Source: Tubiluchus corallicola (taxonomy: Eukaryota; Animalia; Priapulida). From it: 64,000 nt of DNA. The DNA is taken from NCBI GenBank assembly GCA_030141605.1, contig JAQGDQ010000116.1:372001-436000 (forward strand), read 5' to 3'. This document shows, piece by piece, positions 25,049-38,331 of the stretch. Within the stretch, counting starts at the first letter, position 1. Each line of letters begins with the position of its first letter. The notes beneath the pieces are model-generated. The model was not told the DNA's origin. It ran no database searches and worked only from the letters and a program-made list of their open reading frames with translations. The position numbers and the translations under genes are program-made.

Positions 25049-27149
25049 CTAAAAATAAAAAATAAGATAATAAGTGACTGATAATAATATCTATAGCCCA
25101 TAGTTTACGAATGCCCTTTACAATTTGCTTTTTCAATAAAATACTTGTCACTAGTAAGTAACTGTATTTTACATTAAATCAGTGGAATTCTAACAAACTT
25201 AATCTGTTATGGAAACCTGTTTAAGAACAGAATTATTCGTAAGCAAATTCAGTATTCCAAATACAGAAAATACACATAAATTGGAATATCTGTTCCAGAC
25301 CCAAAAGTTAAATAGGTCTGCATAAATACATAATATTGACATGAGATACATGAAAATCAAAAATAAACAAGCAGGCTGCGGTTGTGATTAAAGCTTTTAT
25401 TTTATCGTTCTTAACTTTGCACTTTGTTAAAAGCATTATCGTCAGCTTTCGTCAATGCAAGCACACATACTATCAAAATGCTGCAAGCATTAAAATAAGT
25501 TATGTGTGGACTATGCAAATGCGAGTGCTCATAAATGCTAATTCTGTCTTCTGTTTGTTGCTTGCACATGCATTTGTAAATCAAGGATATGTTATGTCTT
25601 AATGATCGTTGATTAAAACACTGAACAATTGTTTGGGAACCTGGATACATTCTTCAATCGATGATATGTTCGATCATCAGCCAGGAACCGAAGTTTGACA
25701 GTATATCGTATAATTTCAATATAACTTCTCCAGTTATAACATACAAACAGAAACTACTATATCACTACTATTCTAATTCATCTAATAAGCTGTTAAACGC
25801 CCCAAATGGTCTGCCACATTTTGTTAGTGAAATTGTTAGTTTTACTTTGAATGGCTTGAAGGTTTCCCACAAAACATGATGAAAGAGAAAACTGCACATC
25901 ACGTGCAATAAAATTGAAGGTCTGGCAAAAAACGAAAGTTCAAAAGAAGACCACCTAACTTGTTGAAAAAGGACAAAAAATTAGCCACTACAGAAGCATT
26001 GTCGACATGCATTAAATCTGAGCATAGAGTGACAGATGTCTCAAATCTCACGTTTTTTTATCGTCATGTAATTTTAATTCATTTCTCCATATCTCGTGAC
26101 ATACTTTTACCTACGATAAACAAAAATAACACTAAATTTTGATTTTACTAAATAAACCTAAAAATACGAATTTTTTTCTTCTACAAACCACTTTAGTGTG
26201 CCACATCCTAGCAGTCTTTAATAACTCAAATAAGCCAATTTCAAATGAAAACAACCCAAAATGTGTCTCATTTCTTTGAAACAACAATTATCACGAATGT
26301 CGGAGTGGCCAAGTTATTATCGATTTTAAAGGATAAGCAAAAAGGATAAACAAAAAAGATGAAAAATTCACCTGGAAAAATTATGAAAATTTGCATTCCC
26401 ACAATGACTGTTGGGCGCAGACATTTTGGAAGGTAAGTGGTTCGAAACAGGTTTAGGTAAAGTTGTGTAAAGTTTGAAAAAATAATCACAACATTCATAA
26501 CTCACACTTCATCAATTAAGCAAAAGTAAAAATTACCTGCCAATATAGTAATGTATTCTTTGGTGAGTCAGTGGCACACACTGGGAATGTGAGTCAATGA
26601 CATTTTACCAGTTGGCACGAACATTTTAAATTACTAAGGATCCAAAGTTATATAACTTGGTATGGGACATACTTTAAAATTGCCTTTGATGTAGTAATTT
26701 CATTTAGTTAACAACAAATATTTAAAGCAAACATCAAAAAAAATCTGCAATGTACAGACACCAGGCTTTATAACTTTCCTGAAAAATTTCCAGCCTTGCT
26801 ACCTTTTGGGACTGAGAGGTCTGTGAACTAGTTTGTTTCTTGGCACTCACCAGTGCTTTCCGGAAGCCAGAAGAAATGCTTTCACATAGCCTTGAGCCTA
26901 ATGGACAACTCTTCCCTTGGGCGTGCTCACTGAGTAAAAGTGTTACTAAATAATTATCAGTCTAAGCTGCCAGATAAGTGTAACTGCTAACACTTTTTTC
27001 ATTTGTATATCATTAATTACATTAGAATACATAATCCCAATATTCTGCTGACGGATTTAACAAAGTTCACACTAAACTACGGAGCTACGAGCTACAAGCG
27101 GATCTGCGTGTGTACCTCAGCGGCCAGCTTCGCCTAATATAGCGTGCCA

Positions 27150-27186
27150 GGGAATATTCTAGAAGTTTCTTTCTAGAACATTCTAC
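27150..27186. promoter_or_regulatory. heat-shock-element-like nGAAn array, possibly within a solo LTR relic (~26980-27265)
   Basis: GAAtaTTCtaGAAgtTTC..TTCtaGAAcaTTC alternating pentamers. Confidence 0.4.
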
Positions 27187-27399
27187 AGTGTTCTATTTAA
27201 TTGTAATAGATGCCAGCGATCTCCACAACAGTTATCTATAGCCACTGTTGTAATATCACACTACAGTTCTGTGGTTTTCATGCTTATATTGACATCAGTA
27301 ATATCCAGATACTGAACATCTCCAATCATCCTGGAATAATAAGAACAGTGCTCTCCAGTTTTTCTGGAATAATAAAAACAGTGTTGTCCTTACCTAACT

Positions 27400-27740
27400 C
27401 AGCTGGCTTCATGCCTTTGATGCTGAACCCTCAATTTGCTTTTGAAAATACTAACATTTGGGGCATTAATCACATCGTCTGGCAAGGCATTCCAGCAGAG
27501 AATAACTCATTTGGTGAAAAAGTGACCTCTTATTTAGTACTTACAAAACAAATCCTGGAATAGTTTCTTCGAATGTCTATGCAGATCATAGTGAATATGA
27601 GCCGGGACGAAGAATTCGCCTTTACTCAAGATGTTCAACTCGTTCAAAACAGTGAATAAGATCTATAGCTCTTAATTGTGTCTCCGTATTAGAGAGGGTA
27701 AAATCTTCAGGTTGTCCGTCAGTCATAATTTAAAGGCAAC
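27400..27740 (-). mobile_element. CR1-type LINE 3' fragment
   Basis: Minus-strand translation HSKKLF...IRGHFFTK*VILCWNALPDDVINAPNVSIFKSKL matches the CR1 ORF2 C-terminal motif; in-frame stops. Confidence 0.75.
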
Positions 27741-28038
27741 AACTCTGAATCTGCCGAACCTGGTTAACTAGAGTAAACCAAAATTTTATACAATGGCACT
27801 ATAACTTTAACTGACTGTGACTAAACAGCCTGTTTAATCAAACCTATGAGTATGAGTATGACTCTGTTTGCTGACTGACGAAACAATTTTTGCACTAAAA
27901 CATGAGCGTATATATAGCATCCTAGCAAAGTTAATTTGCTATCCATTTTACGAACATAATTTATTCGCTGTGACCACTGCCAACGACTATGTCCAAGGCA
28001 CTAAGTAACACATCTAACTTAGTGATACACACATTTAC

Positions 28039-28130
28039 CTTTGCCAACCTGGATTTCATCGCGTTCACTACTCAATGTTAACAAAACGTGTGAACAACTT
28101 TAGTGACGCTTCACCACAATCTTTTTGAAA
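28039..28130 (-). other. candidate first (non-coding) exon for the PTRHD1/FEM-1-like unit
   Basis: Donor AAAG|gtaaat; CpG-richer segment just upstream (28230-28370); 5' end uncertain. Confidence 0.3.
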
Positions 28131-28932
28131 GCTATTAATTAAATTAAAAGTTATTATAACACAAACGGTTGCATTGGCTATTTTCTCATTATTTCAGCAT
28201 AAACTAAATAACAGTAAACCTACATTCACATTTTCTCCCGCCGACCTGCGACATCTATTAGTGAAACCTGTGCGAAAAATTATTGTCACTCGGTTTGCTT
28301 TATTTCCATGTAAGGCGACCATGGGCGACGTCGCATGCAGCACAGTAAGCAGCAATCTAGGACGACATATTCACGTTATTTAATTAGCTATTTGAAAGTA
28401 TAGACAAACATTCAAGAAGTAACATGCAAAAACAACGATCATACTACAGAACAATATATTACATCAAAATTGGCAGAATCAATAGAAAATCTAACATACT
28501 CTCAGTATTTAGGGTGAAAACCTCGCGCATCTCGTGCCGCAATCTTGAGGGGTATGATCAGAGTACACAGTGTTAATTATCACAAAATATAAACTGCATC
28601 AAACTCAGAAGTTAATTGATATACCTATATAAAATAGAATTCGTTTGTATGTACTGTAATAAACTGAATCATATTAATGAAAAGTCGAAATGTAACTATT
28701 GTTCTGCACTGTTATAGGTAAACAAAAATAATAATATTATGAAAAAAACTGTGAATTTAATTAATTAAATAACAAATTACAAGGTAAGAGCCAATTTCCC
28801 CAATATCTTACCAGATTAGCCACATAAAATTTGTTTTTAATTGAAATAATTTATACTACTAAGGGACGATAGTCATTAAAATATCAAGATGCAAAAGCAA
28901 TTAATTCGTTACCAATAACCATTACTAACTTC

Positions 28933-29262
28933 CAGGGCTGGATTATGACCTTTGGGGCCCATGGGCAAATGAAATTATGGGGTCCCCTCAGATGGAACCA
29001 TCGCCACACTGTAATTCGCCCGCACCCGCCTCAAATATTTTTTAGACGCGATATAATTTATTTTGATGACATTTACGTTGCTTGGAGTAAATTTATTGCA
29101 AATTCTTTAGATAAACTAGAATAGCCATTTTTGTTTGTCAATAAAATTACCACTATTTGACTATTTATTACGAACCAAATCAGTACATATTTCTACACAA
29201 CCCTAGTGAAAACCAGATTTTTACAAGATGTTACCAATGCTTGAAGGGGACATGGTCACAGC
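28933..29262 (+). mobile_element. second, right-truncated copy of the 118-429 MITE family
   Basis: Starts CAGGGCTGGATTATGAC; shares TTATTGCAAATTCTTTA.ATAAACTAGAATAGC and downstream blocks with 118-429. Confidence 0.75.
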
Positions 29263-30134
29263 GTTACGCTCACCGATCTGAATTCATACAGTCTTGCTTC
29301 ATCCTGCACATTATTCTGACCTAACTTGATCTCGAGTTATCTCTAATGTTATAGCACACGTACATTAACTAGATTGGTTGTCCTTAATAATGTTATTATT
29401 TTTGACGGTTATTTTCAAAGTTGCGTGCAGCTGACTATATTAAAACGTTTTAAATTTATTTACTATTTTTCATTCTTTTTTGTATGTTTTTATTCATGAT
29501 TTCACCATCCATGTAAAATATTTATTCTTCGCTGTAATTTCAAAATTGTACGGTCTTAAATTCAGAAATTTGCGAAACAATTATGAAATTCACTTTTTTG
29601 CCTACAGCATACAAGCTACTCTGTGCAAGTCAAAACGACGTGGAGTTGTAATGATAATATCTGCTACGTGTAGCATGCATTCAATTTTATCTTTGCACCT
29701 GGAAAATTGCATGTGTTCGCGGCTGTTGGCGAAAAAGTAACCAAATTATTAGATTTGTGGCTCGTTGATTATGCACACTAGGCCCTAAATTGACGTAATA
29801 ATCTTACAGTTTCTTCGCTGTACTGGTTAATTAATTAAACGAGCGTGACTAATTTATCACGCTTTACCAAACTTCAACAATTGTAATGGTAAGTATTTGT
29901 ACAATCGAATATTTGGACGAAAGTACCGAACACTTGCCTCGTCATCTAGGTGCGTCTACATTCTAAAACATAGCAAGTCCCGCCTTTTAATGATCATTGC
30001 CATGCACTCCTGTCCGCCGCCATCGCTCACGATTCTAGAGTTGTATTTGCTAAATCTTTTATGCAGTATATCTATATACGTCAGTGTTTCCCTCCTCTCG
30101 GCTTTTTTGCCAATTCAAGTGCTTTGCGTAATGT

Positions 30135-30700
30135 TATAGGAAGAGGAGATTGTCGAAGTAGTCTTAGTGCATGCCCAATCCAATACAGTCTTCTTACTTG
30201 TAATTGTTTACTGAAAGGGTTCTTCAGCACATCATACAGATCGCCATTGGATATTCTATCAGGCCATTTAATGCCTAACAGTTGCTACAGGGCTGTCTTT
30301 GAAAAGCGTCTTTTTCCTTTTGTTGTTTAGCTTTTATTGTCTATAGCTCAGCATTTTAGAAAAATACAGGTTCAACTAAAGTTGAAAGGATCCGGTCTAA
30401 TTTTAAGAGAAAGCCTGTGGTTTTCAAAACCTGTTGTGAGATTTGAATAAGCATACAATGAAAAATTTCCCTTCGTTGTATATCGGCTTCGGTGTCTAGC
30501 AAGCTGCAAGATTTGCCTGTATTGTTAAGAGACTAGAGCAATATTTCTTGGAAATCGCTCAACACTGGTAACAGTAATAAAGAAAAGGTGTTTCCCTACA
30601 AAAATGTTGTTGTAGAATTAACTTTATCTGCCATTGCTTGCTCGTAAGCGTTTTTCATCTGGTGTATTTCCAGATTTGTATTCGTAATGTCTTTAGTTTA
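30135..30700 (-). mobile_element. RTE-clade LINE reverse-transcriptase C-terminal relic
   Basis: Minus strand encodes DTEADIQRR and QLLGIKWPDRISNGDLY...QVRRLYWIGHALR, typical RTE ORF motifs; stops and frameshifts. Confidence 0.8.
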
Positions 30701-31239
30701 CTGAATAAATTCAATTCATTTCAATTCTATTATCTAAATGATAAAGTGGTGTACGGTGTGTACTGTGGTACGTGAAATAAACGTATCCAATTAAATGAGC
30801 CTCGAGAAGCAAACAGATGATGGTTTGATTCTAAAGCCAAGTGAAGAATTTGTCATTATGATGTTAGCTGGCTGCATCAGGCTCAATTTCGCTTTCTTAA
30901 TTTGCTAGTCATAAACAATTTTTAATTAATTTTTGCAAAAAATGTTTATACATGTACAATAACCAAAACTTCTGTGTTTTTGAGAAGCTGGTGATTGTCT
31001 TGATGATTGCACTGACTTACGAGCGATATAATAGTTGAAGTTATTGTTCTCACTAGTGATCACTACGTCACCACAAGTTCTGGACTATCGATACGTGTAC
31101 TACTTCGTATTTTTAGTTAATCTTTGTTCTGGACTTGTCATTCAAGTGTCATTCAAGTGAGCTTGAACAGAACGAAATTCTCTAGCGCTAGGGCAAAAAA
31201 CCAGAAATAAACTAGATTCAACACGCATTTAGATGGAAG

Positions 31240-31415
31240 TAAAGAATGATAAGCAAAGAAAAGAGAAATGACACGAAAGAAAGGAAAGGATAAGAGGCAA
31301 GAAAAAAGATTGAAAGGGCAGACAAAGAGAATGAAAACGAGAGAGATGGAGAGAGGGGGAAAGAGGGAAGAAAGAGAAGGGAGAGAGTGAGAGAGAGAAA
31401 TGGGGGGGGGGGGGG
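31240..31415. repeat. purine-rich low-complexity tract ending in poly(G)
   Basis: Direct reading of the sequence. Confidence 0.75.
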
Positions 31416-32073
31416 TAAACAGACCATAAACTTCAGCTACGATTTTTTTCAAAATTATATTTATGCAAAATACATTTATCCAAAACAAGTGAGTTCTCTG
31501 TTAATGAATATTTCTCCAAAACAAGTCATGATATAAGTCACAGAAGCTATAATACCCTAACAAGAATCAATCATAATTTTAGAAGCAAATCATCTCGGCT
31601 CAAGTAGGCCTATATCTCCTATAGCCTGTTAGGTTCCATAACTATTATAAATTAAAGTGCCCTATTAGCAAAACAATCATGTTGGTATAAAATTATTATT
31701 AAGTCAAATGAAGCCAAAGATTCCAAACACAAAAATAAAGAACTATAACCTCTAGTAAATGATATTACTAGAAATAAATAGAATAATAAGGCATGCATTA
31801 TTAGCAACAACAGCTTCTTTTTCCTGATTAGAATACAGCTATTTATGTATATGTAGGACATGATGATAAAATTGAGTGTATTTATCTTATATTATTCTTA
31901 GGTTAGCTATTAACAGTAGTATTAAAAAAATTTGGAATTTTTGCTATGAACCATGATTAAATTTAGAAAATCACATTGAATATTTATATCTAACTCTGCA
32001 ACATAAAATCTACATAATGGACAGCTAGGCCTCTTGCTTGTATTTTCTTCTTTTTCTGGCCAGTGTGTGTTAT

Positions 32074-32166
32074 TCACTGTTGCTCTGCCTGAAACATCAT
32101 TTGCTCAAACCTTCGTCGCAGTTCAAGAGTGCTGTTTGGACGTACCTCCTGTGTGTTTCCAGTATC
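32074..32166 (-). CDS. AKAP2/MISP-like gene, terminal exon
   Basis: ccaacag|DTGNTQEVRPNSTLELRRRFEQMMFQAEQQ*; phase 0 matches the 35016 donor. Confidence 0.7.
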   Translation of the reverse strand, partial: DTGNTQEVRPNSTLELRRRFEQMMFQAEQQ

Positions 32167-32340
32167 CTGTTGGCAAAACCAAATGCAAAATTAATTTAAT
32201 AATCAATTGACAATAATTAGTAATGAGCGTCTCATCATTCTCGCTGCTATTGTCACCGTGATTATTGTTGTCATCGTCAGTATTGATACAATTATTTGTG
32301 TAATCTTCTTTGTTAACTGCAATAGGCCATTACTTCATAA

Positions 32341-34865
32341 GGGTGTACAGACATTTCGGCACAGACATTTGGCCACAAGATGCCTTACTACAAATCTTTT
32401 GGGTACATAGGTCATTGAACACAAGATACTTTGGACAAATAAGGTATTTTGGACACATGTGTTGTTTGGACACACAGGTGTTTTAAACACAGATAACATA
32501 GGGCACATAGGTTATTTGGACACATATGTCGTTTTGCACAAGAGTTGTACACTTCTAAGAGTAGGCAATGTGTGGCCTATTATTCGCTGTCGACAGTTTG
32601 GGAATCTTCATTGGAGAAGCCTCGATGATATTTTATTTTTAAGCTAAATATTTAATCAAAACAAATCAGTTTTCGCCCGCACTGGCATACCTTTCGTGAC
32701 AAAAGCAAAGTACGTCATTAATATAGCTCATAATTTGAACAAAACAGCATTGTTCAGTGACGCTGCGGAGGCATAGCAAAGGATGGGAGGGTGACAGGGG
32801 GTAACCGGCCCAGCACACAAGAGTAAGAAGGTGCAAAACTCTTCTAGAGTTTAATGACTATTAATTATTGACTAACCAAGCCACACAAAAAATTTTTGCA
32901 CGTAAACGACGTACAATCCTCAAGTACTAGTGCTAGTGCAAAGCACTCAACTTTTACTAGACATTCCAAGCAGGACAGTAATCTCAATGTTAAATTATTT
33001 CATTGTGAAACATTTTCTGAGATAGATTTAGATGCGAAGAGGAATTTGGTGAGGTCTGTAAACATTGTGGGGCTCACCATCACCCATTGTTGCACAAGAC
33101 TGTAAAGCAGAATCCCGATCTAGGGGTGAATTCTTCTCAGTCAGCATCAAAATTGAATTGTTAGGCAGTCAATGCTACACAATCCTGTCGTTTCGTTTTG
33201 CAAACAGCTCTTGTGGAGATGGATGGAGTATCATGCCCAGTTCGCATATATTTGGGGGGAAAAGAAGTGCACAACTTCAACGTCAAAATTTTGAGTTTAA
33301 ACATAGAGTAAACATGTTGGTGGTTGGTACTATATTAGTTTGTGGGCAGTCCCAAACATGTTCACCTGTTATGGGTGTTAACTCATTACATGTACCAGTG
33401 TTGCCAGTGGGGTTTAATTATGCCGATGTTTATATTGATCAGGTTATAGATATTTTAGTTGGTGTAGATACTTTGCCACAAATTGTTTTACTCAACATTC
33501 CTCCATTTAGTGTGTACATCTCTCACAAGTGTTACTGGGAAACCTTGGTATCGTTGAGAATGTTCCAGAGAACGATGAAGGGGGGTTATCTTCCACTTCG
33601 TTATCTTACACATAATAGCATAATCCAGGGTGAAAAGCGTCGCGTTGTATTTAATGGCTCGGCCAAGCCATGCGTCGGGCCCTCGATTGTCTTATTGCTG
33701 GTAATTACTATGCACGATACAGCATACAAGAAGGAACGTATATGGCTCCGGAATGCAAAGTATGCACAATTTTCCGCATCCTGTCGAAAGGGCAAAGTAA
33801 GATTCAGAGACTACCACGAAAAAATGATCAAAACATTAAAAGGTAAGGGCGCCAGAATTTTTTTGGCACCGGACGCCACAAGCACTTGCTACGCCCTCTG
33901 AAGCTATTTACTCTATAAGAAATTTAAAACAACAACATGTGAGACTGCAAGAGTTACAAGTGTTGCATTGCTTTAATACTTTCACACACATACTGGTATT
34001 AGGTATTTAAGAGTGACAACATGCATTCCAGAAATATTGAAATGAGCTGTTTATTGTATTATGATCGACTGGTGATTGCGGGTTGATCAGTTTTCAAAAG
34101 AGTAGCCAAGCACATTGTTTTAAACGCCATGCACCCTTCCAAATAACAGCTTTCAGCAGAGGTAACTATAGCGAGAATGCAGAAATTTATTTACATCTGC
34201 GTCGATTATGATTAGTCAGTCAAGATTGTTCGTCACATCCCAAACTGTACAAACTGAAAAGTTTATAGTCCGTTTTAATATTTTGTAAAGAAAAATCTTC
34301 GAGGAAAAACTTTTCTTCTACCATTCAAGATTTGATACTAATTTAAATTACATTGCATGTAATTAAAATCTGTAATCGTCTGTAATGCATTATGCTAGAG
34401 AGCGGTTTCTCAGTTTACTTAGCGTGAAAAAGATGCAGCAAAAAATCGCTGTGTATCTGTCGAACTCGCCATACCGTAGGAATCTATCGGCGTGTCGCAG
34501 TAACTGCAATTACGGCAGCTGCCGTCGCCCCATGCGGTTATCCACATTCTAGGAAAATGTCCTAATATTTATGTAATTTTGACTAATAGTCTGCAATTTG
34601 TGTTGGGGGTGTTTGGTTTGAGGCACTGTAGCTAGAGAAATAATCCTATTCAAAACAGATAATAAATTTATACCATTTGTTTGATCCAGAACACCTAGCA
34701 TCTAAACAGCATCAGTGCAAATAACCTACGTGTCCAAATAACACATGTGCTCAAACGACCTATGTGTCCAAATTACCTAGTGACCAATGACCTATGTGTC
34801 CAAATAACCTACGTGTCCAAAACGTTTGTATCGAAATATCGCATGTGTTTAAAACCTCTGAAACC
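32341..34865. mobile_element. foldback-like DNA element with modular inverted ends
   Basis: Arrays of ~17-bp GGACACATAGGTTATTT units at 32341-32545 and in inverted orientation at ~34715-34865. Confidence 0.7.
32765..33900. mobile_element. nested element with CAG.GGCGTAGC-type TIRs
   Basis: Left GCGGAGGCATAGCAA, right TTGCTACGCCCTCTG; same TIR type as 58464-58688. Confidence 0.45.
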
Positions 34866-35015
34866 TCAATAAGCAAGCAGAATGAGCAGGTAACTCAGTA
34901 AATGCGTAACTAGGCCTAAAATGAAACGAAGAGCCAGTAAAAGTGTGTGGTTCAGGCAGGCGCCTATAGATGAAACAGCTTGTTTACTACTTAGGGACGC
35001 TTTTGACGTACTTAC

Positions 35016-35076
35016 TTGATTTTCTTGGTAATAGCCCATTGCATTACTTGCACCAACAGCCCGCAGCCTCTGAGAT
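35016..35076 (-). CDS. AKAP2/MISP-like gene exon
   Basis: tcgtttccag|(R)SQRLRAVGASNAMGYYQENQ|gtaagt; phase 2-0. Confidence 0.72.
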
Positions 35077-36356
35077 CTGGAAACGATCACAAAATCAACT
35101 GTTACTGCCACTAGCAACCATGCTATTAATGTTACTATTAACATCAGCATTACTAACACCCCAACATCTAAGTGAAAACAAGAACAATTGTTGTACAGAA
35201 ATCGAAAGAGATTGAGGTTAATTACTAGTGCTAAATTTTAGTAATTATTTTTTGCGTTGTCAAAAGTTGTAATCTAAAGGCATGTAGTAAACATACACAT
35301 AGTCGTCACCACCACCATCATCATGTACACATCCTACTCGCAGGCTGAGAAAATTAGTTTTTACCTTACTTGACATGCGTTTATCGTTTATTACTATTCT
35401 ATTCTGCTACAATAATGCCTAATCATATTTTTATACCTGTTAGTTGGTAGTTGTGTGGTTTACTTTAATTAACTGTTTTAGCTTAATGAAATGACATGCA
35501 AACAATTAGACATGTAAAATGTGACATAAGTGCTCGTTTGTTTCTATTATTATCTGTTATATTATCTGGCCCCATCCTACTACCGAACTTGATTTTACCA
35601 CATTATGCCAAATATTGCCTTCTCATTGGTTGATTCGTAAAAGATCAGAATTGCTTGGTTGCATTCATGAACTTCAAACACACCTGGAAATTTCACCTAT
35701 CATGCTGGTTCTGGTTTGGTAAGATGGATGGATGTTTCCAGTTATTTTACTAGTTAGTGTAGTTACTTACTTTCAAGTATTTTCGAGTATTTTATGTCTC
35801 AATATTATGTGGACGTTGTTACACTTTTCAATAATCTGATGGATCTTATGGTCTTGATATAGTAGTGATATGGTTAATTGAGTGATATAAACAGTCTGTT
35901 GCAAAACTGTACGTATTTGCTGCACTTCAGCTTGTTTAAGTGGTAAGATGTAGCTAAGTCATTTAACCAAGTAACGGATATATAGCTCAGGTTAGGTGAC
36001 CTGTTGTCGTTCAGTCACAGGGAGCCAGGCCACTTCTATGACATGCAGAACCATTGCTTGGATATCCAACAGGCACTGAGGAGACATGGTAGATGTGGTT
36101 GGCTTGATTAGATATTGGCGTGGTAGGACAAGGAGTAAACTCCATAATGGACAGCAAGGTATGATTTGGATGCCAGGTGGTTTGCTGGATGAAGTGGGGG
36201 ACGGTGATGGTCCAAGCTGAGGGGCCCACTAGTTTAACAAAGCTGAGTATTTGACCGGTCTCTTATTCTCTCTTGCACAATTGGGCAGTACCACACTTGT
36301 TGTGCAGAACAAACTTACTGTTATTATTAGCAAGATCTTGTTTCCCATTCTTTGTT

Positions 36357-36563
<207 letters not shown>

Positions 36564-36748
36564 ATTTTGGCTAGATGTGAGTGAAACGTTCACAGTTTGA
36601 TATTGCAAAACTGTCTATCTAAGTTTTTGTTATGGTTGCTTTTATTCTTTATAGAGCTATATTCACGTTATTATTATACAAGTTCTTTGCATCATTTTAC
36701 ATGTTTTTGACTTGTTACCCTTTGACAGCTTCGTTAACAAAGACAAAC

Positions 36749-36861
36749 CTTAATTCCTGCTCTCGCTGCTTCATTTCACGCAGTTCCTCCTGCATGATGT
36801 CCCAACCAGTTTTGTAAGTATGCCGCATAACGTCGCCACTGTACTGTCTTTGTCTTAATTC
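36749..36861 (-). CDS. AKAP2/MISP-like gene exon
   Basis: acgtag|ELRQRQYSGDVMRHTYKTGWDIMQEELREMKQREQEL(R)|gtttgt; third EELRE..QRE.ELR motif. Confidence 0.82.
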
Positions 36862-38331
36862 CTACGTTAAGAAAAGTAAGTTTAATTCATTGTCATAATT
36901 TAATAGCTAGAGCATATTTTGACAAAAATGGGTAATACCAATGTTCATATTTTACCTCGAAAGTAAGAAAAGTTTTAGTTTTCGAAAATGTAATATGTAA
37001 ACACTATATAAATCTTAACGCATTTGGTTGTTCTAAGCAACAACAATAAAATTACACAAAATAACAGAGGTTTGATTTAAAACTTACAAAGTGCGGGCCT
37101 AATACATTACAACAATTAGGCAAGCTTGCACAGCCAGGCATCAGAATTCAGAGAGCATAAAGCACAGTCGTACAGAGTTGGCTATCACATGCTGGCCAGT
37201 CTGAGAGAAATTAAAGCCTTATAATGGCTCACAACTTCAATATGTTTTAATTTCTCTTTACTGACAAGAAGCGAGTCAAGTCACAAAGATAAGCAAATCT
37301 CAAAGCTCTAAGCTGCAGGTAACATATTTAACAGCTATCACCAACTTTAGTAGCTTCCATTTAGTCACTAATACTCTACATTCTATTTGCAATCTTGACT
37401 GTCCACGTTTTTCAAAGTCTTTAAATTCCATTTAATGCCTTTGTGCACAGTATACAATGGATTATGATTAAGTACAAAGTGATACACCGCACTGCATTAA
37501 TTATTTTGTATAAGTTTTCCGAGTCCTTGACTACTTATATGTTTGCTTCATAGTCTGCTTTTTGCTAACTGCGACTTTCAAATGACTTTGACCTCAAATC
37601 AATTAATATAGTTAAATCTTTTCCTTATAAACTTTCATTTGAAATGCAACGGGTAATTGCTACAGACGTATTCATTTGACTCAGCACCTATCGAAAATTT
37701 TGTGCATGGGCACAAATCTTATTGACTGGGCACAGTAAACAGCAGTTGACCACATCGATATTGTGTATACTGTAGAAATCGAGAACAAAGACATTTTAGT
37801 AATGCATTATTAGCCACTAGCCAAAGGTCAAAAGTTACTAAGCAACGGCTTCATCAAAATGACCCGCTCCCGCCCTAATGAATACATGTTACAAAATAAG
37901 TACATTGTTTGGTTCGCATGACTTAGTAAACGGACAAAAGAATATATATGGAAAGGTGCATGGCCACTCTTCTTTTCATACTTCCTTTTTTCTCTTTGAA
38001 GACAGGAGTTAACGATAAATAGATCATACTTTGTGAAAGGTGCTAGTGAAATTAATTCAAAGTCACCCTGTACCGAACCAAATGTAGACAACAAAATAAA
38101 TATTAAATGTGCTACAATGTTTTCCATCACAAAAAACACATACTATGTAATATAGTGCATAAGAATGACATAACATATGATTGCAACCACAGTTTACCAC
38201 CAAACAATGCAACAACAACCATCCCTTACCGTGAAATGAAAATCCCCCTTCACACTAACAGAATCACAAAAAGCCAAAGCAACAGTGCTAGACAATTTTG
38301 AATGTGACACCGCATGCCATGGTATTGTTAC

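Noticed and set aside
32207-32330. Hydrophobic ORF (+) / D-N-rich frame (-)
   Set aside because: Decayed trinucleotide low-complexity sequence in an intron; no compatible donor
35077-35167. Transmembrane-like stretch VLVMLMLIVTLIAWLL in ORF 34866-35159
   Set aside because: It is a degenerate triplet repeat upstream of the better acceptor at 35077; the phase does not fit the preceding exon and the in-phase frame hits a stop
36011-36260. GC-richer 72-aa ORF as an extra exon
   Set aside because: No convincing splice sites; FIQQTTW..NHTL weakly resembles a decayed LINE endonuclease motif, too weak to call
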